Shown: positions 23,247 to 33,679 of the stretch, piece after piece
Position numbering within the stretch: the stretch's first letter is position 1
Layout of the letters: every line of letters begins with the position of its first letter
Source of the DNA: Polymyxa betae A26-41
Lineage: Eukaryota > Protista > Endomyxa: Phytomyxea
Assembly: GCA_003693705.1 (NCBI GenBank)
Contig: RBZT01000797.1
Location: 1-38,228, forward strand
Direction of reading: 5' to 3'
DNA: 38,228 nt
Translations under genes and position numbers: made by a program
The notes under the pieces: generated by a model
Seen by the model: only the letters and a program-made list of their open reading frames with translations
Database searches by the model: none
What the model was told of the DNA's origin: nothing

Positions 23247-23435
23247 GGTAAGCGATGCAGCAAATGGCTAGGAACTACGACACCCACCAAAATCTTTCAC
23301 CAAGGTTTGAAGGCCAAAAACACTTCGGCCAAATTTCGCCACGGACGAAAATCTGCGGAGGCTGCGCCACCAAACTTTCGCGTCAAAGTCCAGCGACTGA
23401 CCCAACTTCCGACCCATTAACGGACATGTTTATTA

Positions 23436-25436
23436 CCGTAGACAACACAATATCTACACAAAAATTCCCCCAATGTGTAGCACCCAATTATGCTGTCAAA
23501 ATTTCGGAATGTGTAGAGGTGTGATGCCAGTGTGACTGGATGTCTCCAGTATGTCTCCACTCTGTGACTGGGTGACGTGTTCTAAAGACTAAATAATGAA
23601 AATTTATTAAACGAGATTTATCTGTTTATTCCCATTGAACATGTGTCCATACACGGAATTCTCATCCAAGGACGTTAAATGCTGCTCAAAGGCATTGTCG
23701 TTTTCAGCCCAAGGATTCTGCCCGCATATTTCGAACGTGTTGGCAATCCAACGAAGCCGTTTGTTCTCGCCATTTATAGCGTCGAATGCGCTCTCGATCA
23801 TGGGAACTAAATCTTCGCGCGGTGCTGTTAAAACGCACACGGAGAGATCATTGGCGCTTTTTCCCTGAAGCGATTTGTATCGAAAATTCATGTACTCCTT
23901 CTTGATATGCTCTTTGAGAGGCTTGTTGATCGAAATGTCGCAAACCTGGTGCACCGAAGTCATACCCTCTTGAATGTATTCAAGGAATACCTTTCCAGTG
24001 GACATTGACGCATGGTTCGCAGAAAGCCAGTCAAAAATAAGTTCCCCGAAGTGAGTCGTTGACCGATCGACAACAAGCAAGATGCGCTTATCGGGGAACA
24101 TTTTGTGTACCCAGGTCAGGTACAGGACAAACATGTATTGCGTCCTCAAGTGAGTTTTGTTGAACAGCACCGTGCTTTTTGTGTAATGACGCCACTGAAG
24201 CATGAGATCTGCGCCAAATGTTCCGGTATCGATCACAAATGGAAGTAGAAGGCTGGATGAGACTAAGGACGCCGTGACCATTACTGTGACGATTTTTTGT
24301 CGTTTTCGACAGGTACCAGAGTATCAACCCGCTTGGTTTTTCTCGGAACAAGCAAGCGATCCTCACGATAGAACTGTACAAACGTTTCATCAGCATTGAG
24401 GACGTCATCGACATTGAGTTCGATGGCTGTTTGCCGAATTTTTCTAGCCGTCTCGCGGGCAATAGCGAGCCAGTCAGAGGGGACCTTCTGCTGCAGCAGA
24501 TACCGGTTTTTCGAACCAACGAAGCATTGTCGACTGCACCATGATGGCTTTCTTATTGATCGGAGCTGTTGCAGCGGGGGCAACCGGGAGAGGTGAAGTG
24601 TTCGGCAAAGACAAGACAGCAGCTGGCTTCAGCAAGGCGAAATGATTTAGCATTGAATGGTTATAGGGAAGAGCGGGGTCAATGGTTGAAGAAAAATATG
24701 GTGATATACGACAATGCTGAGAGGCGCGGGCCCAAGCAGAACATACTCTGGCATGTGACTAGCACAGAACGAATCGGCAGAAAATTCCTGAAGGCCGGTA
24801 GTGTAGGAAGATATTGCGACGACATTCACATTAAACAAGAGGCGAACCAATTGGTACCATCTCAATGGTCGAAGTATAAACTCCAGGGCGGCTCATTCGA
24901 GAGATCACCTCCTCGAATGAAGGTGAGCCTGGACGGACTTCATGCAACAGCTCCACGACACGCTCTGCTGCCGAACGGCCCTGCCCCAGAGTATGCATGC
25001 ATACATCCCGGCGCAACTCATCAGCGTTAAAATTCGGAACGGTGCCAGATCGAACTGCGCAAAGATAAAATCAATTCACATCTCCAGAAACGTCCTCCGG
25101 GATGTAAGAACGGCCTTGGTATAGGTGCGATCTAAAGTCGGACCACTGCGACATGGAAAATGAGGAGACAGACGAGATAAAGCAAGAACGAGGGACGAGG
25201 AGGGCACGAGGAAGTGAACGACTGCGCATAAAATAGTCCGGGAGCGCAGTTACGTCGTTCTAGCTCATGGGAGTTTATAAAATTTGCCATTTTGGCTGCG
25301 CAAGCGCAGCCCTGTCACTGGGACAGTATCTGTATGTGTAGATATAAACACATTTTTTTTGGGATGTGTAGCGACTTATGCTGTCTGACCCCCAAGTGTT
25401 GTTATTAAAGTTGTGTTGATATTGTGATGTCTACGG
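23436..25436 (-). mobile_element. pogo/Tigger-type (DDE_1) DNA transposon with both termini
   Basis: TIR CCGTAGACA(A/T)CACAATATC(T/A)ACACAA at both ends; TA TSD at 23434-35 and 25437-38. Confidence 0.92.
23607..25154 (-). pseudogene. pogo/CENP-B-like DDE_1 transposase, frameshifted
   Basis: VLNADET, ILLVVDRSTTH and GMTSVHQVCDISINKPLK (D,D,D triad). The start position is approximate. Confidence 0.88.
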
Positions 25437-25685
25437 TATGCACTTCTGCAAAAGATGAATTGACCCGCCACGAAAGCACCTCGTTTACCTAAAACTGGAT
25501 ATTGCAACTTGCTCATAATAGTTGCTCATTATGTTGGTGGATTGACCACGTGAAGCATGATTCATGGACTTCATTGGTCTCACGAAGCGCTCCGCAAAGA
25601 AACTCCATAAGAAGCCTGCCAAGGGTCCTAGATCTTCAAAATGTGACCAACCAAATGCAGCGTGAAATGAGCAGGTAGTCATCAC

Positions 25686-26012
25686 AGTTGAAAGTCTGAA
25701 GACGATCGTCTTCTGACTTGAACTACGAATATTGATCCTGAGGTAAGACAACCAATAACAGAATGAATTGTATTATTATGAAATGAGAATTATATAGAAT
25801 AAAGCATACTAGGGGGCTTCCATATAGGGTCAAAACTCCGCGGCGGACTTTCCACCTACCAGGGTTCGTGCCACCCTCTACAGTTTCAGCCCGGTCTCCC
25901 TTGTTCACCCTCGCAACTGAGGTTCGCCCGCCCTTCCTTGTGATGAATGTCTGGCTGGTCCCAGTTGCCAAAAGTTGCAGCCCTTACAGAGGTCACCGGT
26001 GCATTTCCAACA
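25686..26012 (-). mobile_element. Solo LTR family B, uninterrupted copy
   Basis: TSD ATCAC (25681-85 / 26013-17); the reverse complement matches 9818-9927 plus 14841-15058. Confidence 0.92.
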
Positions 26013-27370
26013 ATCACCATACAGGGCATTCTCTAAATTTGGAGAATTATTGAAGTTCATCATCACCGAGATGATCAATTTTACCTGTTCAAGAGCTGCA
26101 AGTTTTTCAATTATCTTGAGATTGATTTTCTCAAGCTGTGTCCTTCTTAATCTTAAGCAGAGCCCGTTAGACAATGCATCAAAATACGAATGCAAGGCTT
26201 TTTGGAAGCTGTTCACATCACTGCTGTCAGCGAACAGACCCTTCGTCAGATACTTGAAGAGCCCGTGAAGCAATAGATGCCATTGCGAGATCTTCACCAA
26301 CCCCATGGATTTAATATAAGGATGAAACAATTCGGGAGATCCTGATAGATTTTGAAATTAGAAAAAAAGATAATGGCCTAACAATTGTAATACCCTGAGG
26401 GGGTCTTAATCTGGAAAGTCTTTCAGCAATTTCCAAACGACTGCCCTTTATCAAAGCCAAGGGTAGCCTTGCAGAATGATCCCAAATTGAGCGCAGACGA
26501 TTAATTGACTTTTCTGCATCTCTTGCTTCGTTCGTAAAAGCAAGTCCTGACCCACCGCTCTCGCAATCTAAAACGTCAACTAAAGTTGTGACAGCATTCT
26601 ATATCTGTGGTTAGCTTAATCACGCGAATATTATTCGCATTACTGAAAGATGATGCATAAAATCGGACTTGAACTGCAGGCTCGGATCCCAGCCACCAAT
26701 GAAGTGATTTAGATAGGCAATCAATGCCATACTGGCCTGATTGTTTTTAAGGGTGATTCGCATCCGTTGTCCGATCATAAAGCGTTCCCGCAGCTTGGCG
26801 TTTTGTCAACCTCTCTGGCACCCTTCGCTCCTCATATTCTTCCGCAACGTTTCCTAATCATTATTTGTGAGATAGCGAAAATGTGAGAGAGCAGAAATGT
26901 AACCAGCAGTCAAGATATCTTTCTTTGTCCAAAGCTTTGGAGACTCAGAGTTGGTTTGAAAGTTAAGGCAGTGTGGAATAGATACTGCCTTTCTTAAAGG
27001 ATGTAGTTACGGGAGGAACCTGTACGACCCAAGCCGACATGTTCGTTAAAAGCATCTCACTCCAATAATTGAGCAAATACAGGCGTCATTGATACTCGGA
27101 GATCCTCCTTATTGCATGGCTTTGGCAAACGCAGGAAGGTCAGACATACTGGTCATTCAGATCATTTTAACATATTGTTGATTAATGAAGAGCAATGCAT
27201 GATGGACAATTGACCAGCCTGAATATCCGATTCGGAAAACCTGTCAAATATCTGCAGCCCATGCCGGTTTATCATGTTGATTTCGTGAGCCATCAAACTG
27301 AAGAATGCCTGGCAAATGTGGCCAAACCGAAATGTTAGACGAGTTGTGAATCCTGGCTCCATCGTAACAG

Positions 27371-27814
27371 TAGGGCTTCAACCGGGTACTAACGGGTCGG
27401 GTAGCCTCTATCCGGTACCCGTCCATACAAAATCCAAAAAAGGTTGCAAACAGACAAAAAGATGATGGGACATTATTTTTTCAGACAGTACTTACCAAAC
27501 ATCAAAGAAGAGGTTTCTGGTTTCAAAGAATGTCGTCGAAGCCCAATCACGTCACGGCCGCAATTGAATATTCGCTCGACAGCGACTGAAGAGCCCGGAA
27601 TCGACAAAATCGTTTTTTCCAGTAATCTAACGGAGCAACTGCAGGATCCTCACATCGTAAATCGAAGAAATTATCAACGCGCAGAAACAAAGTCCGTGCC
27701 TATCAAACTACCCGACGGGTAGTCGGGTCGGGTACCACCCCCTATCCGGTACCCGACCCGACCAGTACCCGACCCGGTTTTTCCGGGTACTACCCTTACC
27801 CGGTCGGAGCCCTA
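27371..27814 (-). mobile_element. Internally deleted non-autonomous hAT element
   Basis: TIR TAGGGCT(T/C)C(A/G)ACCGGGTA, perfect 8-bp TSD CGTAACAG and many ACCCG/CGGGT subterminal repeats. Minus strand 27476-27605 encodes the hAT dimerisation motif SIPGSSVAVERIFNCGRDVIGLRRHSLKPET. Confidence 0.95.
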
Positions 27815-30800
27815 CGTAACAGTGAGACATTGCGATGATTATGCTCTTCCGGTCTAAACAGGAATAATCAACCTTAACATGTGATACGAAGAAGAAATCA
27901 GTACCGGGAGAGCTCCTTGCCATGCTGCTCGTTTCATTTTGGTGGAACGGTGCATATAACTCGTAGAACAGGTCGCCGTATACCCAAGCCGTCATGGTCT
28001 CTTCTTTCACTCCATCATTCCCGTACCTTTCAACCAAAGCGGGAATTTCTGCAAACCCATTCCAAAACAATTTGGAGAATGACTTGAATGCAAATCGAAC
28101 CTATTCACGAAGATGAGCTCACATTAGAACATATTCATTTTGAAAACCTGTAAATCAAAAGATACTGGCCAATACAGGAATCTTTTAGCATTCGTTCTTG
28201 AAGATTGACAAACATGGCAGTTTGGGGCATCCTCCAGTTCCAAAGCATATATACTGTGACCCCTTGGACAAGATTGTAAGGATAAAGGTTTAAAGGAGAG
28301 AAAAACGTCGCGAAGAATGCCTGTTTTAACTTCACTCCAGTTTGTTGGAAATTCATTGTACTGAGAAACTTGCTCGCCATTGTCAGGATCTGGACCGGGA
28401 AGAGATCTCGAGAAGATACAATGTCAAAAAATTCTTCAAAACTTTTGCTGTTGAGGCTTGATCGCAGCCTCTGATCAGCAAATTGCATTATCTTCACTTT
28501 AACCTTTTCAAGATGCGACCTGCTCTGGATCCCTAGTTCAGACATTTGGTTGGCATGGACAGTCTGACTTGCAGAACAGCTCTAGCATTAGTCTGGCTCT
28601 TTTGAATGTCCTTCTCGAACTTGATCGAAGCGTCTGATGATTCGCTCAGAGCGCTAACGGTTTATTCGTCAGAAGTAATATCCTAATCGTCTTCTCCAAA
28701 TGATCTCTCTGACAAGCCGCACGTCTGAACATAATCATTAGACGAGCAGTTCGAATCGGTGTTACTGTCTTCTGCTTCTGTAGGGAATCGTTGTATAGAG
28801 ATTAAATCAGAAGCACAGGCAATCGGTTCCGAGCCCGAAAATATTGTTTAGCAATGCTGTCTAATTGCAATGTGCCATAAACTCTGTTGATTTCAGTATT
28901 AACAGATATACCTGTCAAAATGTTAGACCTGGATTCAATCTTGTTGGAGAACTAACTCGATGACAACGTCGACTCTTGTATACGGGAGAAACTCTTTCCT
29001 CTGTTATCCATTTCCATATGCCTGCTGTATGTCCTAGGATCGCGAACTTTCCCCCTTGCACATATACGTTATGCAATAACATCGCATCTGCATGCCATTG
29101 GGTCTTCTTCGGTCTACCGCATGACCACGACATCATCCCTCCAGATGCCAGGCACTATAATCCGATCATATCGTACCGACTGGCTGTCACACAGCAAACG
29201 TTTCTTTTAATTTTGATTCTTCTTTGACATAATCTGGGCAGCGCAGCGTTGCCAGGGTAGGCGGCACATTTTCGTAACGCCTTGACAATTTGGGACATGA
29301 TCTTCTGTCCAGAATTGGATTCAAGGTCGAAGGCGAGGCTACTTGCCAGCCCAGTTGAAGCGATATCGTGGTAAACTGAATTAAGCATCGTCCCTAGACA
29401 GTCCTCAGGAAATCACACATCGCTGGGCCCATCTGCATCGTCATGCTGCACCACAGTTTTGTTTTTTAGATTTTCTTTACATTTCGCATCGGTTAAGTTT
29501 TCTTGCAGCTCTTGATGAACACTGTCAGCTTTTCAGAGATATTATGGGATTGTGACCTACCAGCCCGGGCAATTGCAATTGTATCCTTTACTTTCGGAAA
29601 ATGCAAGTCAAATTGATGCAACAATATTTCTGCGTCTGCAATTAACGTTTCCTTCTTCATGCTGATAGACTACATTTAGTAACTGACGAGTGCCAGCATT
29701 ATTTTGTACTGCAAACCTGTTCAATCTGATTTGGTCTCATAAAAAGTTTTCGGACCGCCAGCCGCTCCTGGGTTTTTTATTGAGGCGTTTTTCTGACTAG
29801 TCTTCTGGCGTATAAGAGAGAGCTGGCCTGTTTGTGGATGATCCTTTCAAAGCGAACGCGGCCAAAATGCATCACGCTCATCAGTGAAAATTATTCCGGG
29901 CATGATTTGGCTCTTTTGTCTGCAGTTAATCTGTTAGCTGTATTCATACGAACTTATACGACTGAAAAGAGGTTACTTGGTCTATCATCTGCGGGTTGAA
30001 GATCAGTTAGCGAAGCAACAAACCGTAAGCCTTTGACAAGAACTTCCTCATTATTGCTATAAGTGAAGACCGGTGGAGGATTGTCTTTGCAGAGCATTGT
30101 CGACACTCGTACACATATTTGGCTTCCAAAATCAACTTCAGAATTGTGTAAGCATTAAGATCACATTCTTCAGATAGCAACAGCACCCTGGCGACTGGCG
30201 ATGGTCGAATAAATAATGTAAAAACCGTCCCAGGCACTTGTTCTTCCATTGCAACGAAAACTAATTTTCTGAATCCCGCAGTTTGCCCAGACCTGCACAG
30301 TTCTTCTTAGCTGTGTAGAAATCCAATTATATATTAATTGAATGCACCTATAACGAAAGAGGGTGTGCAGATTCAAGCTATTTTAGGAGCTTAGTCTGTT
30401 TGAAGATCGAATACAGCCAACAAGTTCCAACAGTTCCTTGAAAATATATAAAAATTATTTGAAGGGACAAATTGTGGTTCGATGCGGGTTTGGAGGGGAT
30501 CTACTCACGTCGCTCTCCGCAGTCCGAACACTATATTCGTATCTCTGATTTGGATGTCATATCTCGCTCGTCCCACCTTCCCAAGGTACAAAAACATGGG
30601 TTAGAGCAAACACAACTAACATATGTGATATGCGAACTGCAAGTGCGGGTAAACTCGTCCATATCATAGTCAAAGTGAGTGTATGGCGATAGCCTGTCAC
30701 CTCAATTCTCACTGCATCTCAAATGGAGAGTACGGCAGGAGCCGGTCGCCTATGACCCTCATTTCTTACTATGAATTTCAATTTGAGAGTATTGCGGTAG

Positions 30801-32564
30801 CCGGTCGCCTGAAATAATTTGGGACGCTCAATGTTTTTGGTTTATTGTGTTTAGCTTTATTCATGTTGGCCTCGAAGAGAATGGAATCGGCGAATGGGCG
30901 TGAACGATGAATTTGATGTTGTCTGCTGTCAACCCTCAAATATAACGATGCGACGTCCAGCACAAGGAGGAAAAACACAGTTGATTTTTATAGTGGAGAA
31001 TGGAATCACTTGCATACTGCTCCGTAGAAGAGTATTCTCGTGGCCGGTCTACTGATTAATGGACGACGTTCGGTTAGGGTTAGGGTGTGAACTTGGTCAA
31101 ATAACGTGACTAAAATACCAAGGTCTGTATTTTATAAGCACGGTTAGCCAGGACAGCTGATATACGAACGTGTCGTCTCAAAGTGAGCAAATCGTTCAGT
31201 TAATTCTTTTGAAAGCTACAATAACTAAACATATTGTTTCTGAAAAATTGATTAGAAAAATTGTGTCATAGGATTATCATCGTTTGCCCTGCTCTCTTCT
31301 GAAACTGCCGTGCGAATAGCTGTGTTTAACACTCAGCATATCGTTGCACTTGATCAGCAATTTCTTGCAAATGCACTGGCCATAATCTGCGATGTAGAGC
31401 ATGCGTACCTATGCGCTGTCCCCCCGCGAATGGCAACATTTTTCTAGCATTTTCCTACACATTTACAGGCAAAATACTGCGTGGGGAACCTGCGTAATTT
31501 GTTGAAGAGTTTGCAAGCAAAAGTGCCGCAAAAAGCAGGTTTGCCGACTTCCGGTGCTTTGAGGTCTCCTATGCGATATGATTTTAATTTGCGGGGACTG
31601 TTTTAAAAAGTTAAGCCTGCGCGATTGGAACACTTCATTTGGACCAAGAGAAGGGTTTGCAAGATGCGGATGTGGGAATTATCCGCAATAATTATTTAAA
31701 ACGATATGTCTACATCCTTTTGTTCCTGTTCTGCCGCAAAGCAGTACTCGCGTTTCCCTTGGTTGTAGAGTCGCCTCTTTCAAAAGGATCAGCTATATAT
31801 CTTTCAGTCCATTCGGTTTTCAGTGAACTTGATCGCAGGGCCTAACTTCTTTGACGTTCCTGCATCTGGAATTCTTGTTGTCGTTTTCTTTACATCTCTG
31901 CAACGAGATTCGTTCTTGCTGGCCAGAAGCATTCTTCTGCGCAGAAAGTACTCTATTATTACTCAGTAACTGCAACTGCTTGTCCGCAGATGCCATGCGC
32001 GACTTTTGTGTACAAACATTTCCAAGGTCTTCACTGAACGAGTAGAACTACAACTTTTAGAATAGAATCGTCTTGCTTTTTTGAATATCTCATAGTATCG
32101 TTTGTCGTTGCGGTCTGAACCAGCTTGAGCCATTTAAACCTTTTCTTTACTCAGCCAGCTTCTCAGAGTTTCATTTCGAGCAAGATGTCGAATTCCGAGT
32201 ATAATAGGCCATAGTCTTGGTTTCCAAGATCACGATGGAGACGGAACGCAATTGTTAGACCCCGAGTTGTCTAGCGCATTTCATTTCCAGGTCTAGATGG
32301 TGGCATTGCCTCTATCAATAGGAACAGAAGAAATCGGCTCTTGAAGCAATTTTCTCAGTCTTGTCCATATTTGAGAGAAAAACGGAAAGCCACAAGGCTC
32401 TACTCGCAATCATCTCGCACAGGAAGGGAGGACAGCTGCCTTTAGAGGCTGGTTGAAGTGCGAGGAATCTATTTTTTGTGCGTCTCCTTTTAGGGTAAAC
32501 CTTAAGTATATAACCGGTTGAAGTAATCTCATTTTTGCGGTAACTCGAGAATTCTGTCGTATCA

Positions 32565-33643
32565 ATGGATTACGAAAGTCTCGACGATGATTTTCTATTT
32601 TCTGATTCGGAAAACGAACTAGTGGGCAGCAACACTCGATCACCACCGCCGGCCATAGGATTGAATGCGCCCTTGGACGTTCCTAATCGGTTGGTAGTCA
32701 AGGTTACGTTAGCGGAAATTGGTCAGCCGAAAACTCCTGTCATTGATGGACGTCGCGTGGTTGCGCAACGAAAGCAAGCCTCGAAAACAACCCCAGCTAA
32801 ATCGACGCCAGCGAAGAAACCCAAAGCTGTCAATGAAATCGGAACCCCTTCTTCCGTCGTTGTGAAAGCCGAGCGTGCTGCTTGGACAAATGTCCTTGTT
32901 GAGCTTTTAATCGAGACTCGTTGGTCGCAAATAGGCAGAGCGAAGTTTAGTGACGCCAAAACGAACCAAGCGAAAAAGGTGTTCTGGACGTGGCTCAGTC
33001 AACGGTTCAATGACCGCGAGAAGACCTCGTTTGATGCTAGGCAGATTAGAAACCGGCATGATGCGCTGAAGACCGAATACAAACAAGTAGTAGCTGCGTC
33101 CAATGCAACCGGTAATGCACCCCCCTTTAATTACCCCCCATATTGGGACACTCTGTATTCGCATTTGAAGGTTAGCATTTTGCCTTGTTACTGTCCATCA
33201 TATTGTTAATCTAATATCTTCAGGCAATTCCTGGGCTACAACCGAAGGCGATCCCAGATTCAATGAAGCTCTTAAGCTCAGAACAACCGAAAAATGACAG
33301 CAAATCATCGACTTGTATTGATCAACCTCCTCGCCATGACCGTATTAGCGCTCCTGCTAAACCTAAACCTGAACCGAGTGCCAAAGACATCGGCAAACGA
33401 AGCGAGAGCCAGAAGAGTCTTGGTGAGTGTGTTGAGTCTGGGTTTGCATGTGTAGCGGCTTCCATATCTGACCTTGCTGCCGCGCGCTCAGCGTAACTGA
33501 GCGTCGCTTCGGCCGAAGGTAATATAATTACAAAACTCGAAACCATACAATCAGAACAGAAGGCGACTGCAATGCAGCAGACTACACTTTTGCAGTCAAT
33601 GCTGTCCGCGCTTACTACGATTGCAGACAAACTGTCGAAATAG
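32565..33643 (+). pseudogene. Harbinger Myb/SANT-like DNA-binding protein (2 exons, one premature stop)
   Basis: WTNVLVELLIETRW...VFWTWLSQRFN..QIRNRHDALKTEYK..TGN..PPYWD. Intron 33171-33223 splices in frame; TAA at 33494 interrupts an otherwise open frame to 33643. Confidence 0.85.
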
Positions 33644-33679
33644 AACTTTGCTTTACGTTTCATTATATAAACGCTTTAG

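Larger units (their letters stand above)
21068..23431. mobile_element. Two-gene Harbinger/ISL2EU-like DNA transposon with TIRs
   Basis: Imperfect ~30-bp TIR AA(T/A)CATGTCCGTTAAT(T/G)GG(C/T)CGGA; probable 3-bp TSD ATT (21065-67 / 23432-34); convergent transposase and partner gene. Confidence 0.85.
25480..29098 (-). pseudogene. CACTA/EnSpm transposase copy 2 (N-terminus to DUF4218 region), interrupted by solo LTR B and a hAT derivative
   Basis: MACRCD..C..VRDPRTYSRH; CPRGHSIY..CHVCQSSR; CYDGARIHNSSNISVWP (rejoined across the hAT); DLPAFAK..GSYRFLP.LHPLR; QFKSDFMH; QWHLLLHGLFKYLTKG; GPLAGFLWSFFAERFVRPMKSMNH. Homologous to copy 1. Confidence 0.8.

Noticed and set aside
25868-26053. ORF sharing VMNVWLVPVA with 9789-10064
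   Set aside because: Both are translations of LTR family B, not a gene family.
31072-31086. Telomere or interstitial telomeric array
   Set aside because: Only two TTAGGG units, and the AAACCCTAA motifs elsewhere are isolated.
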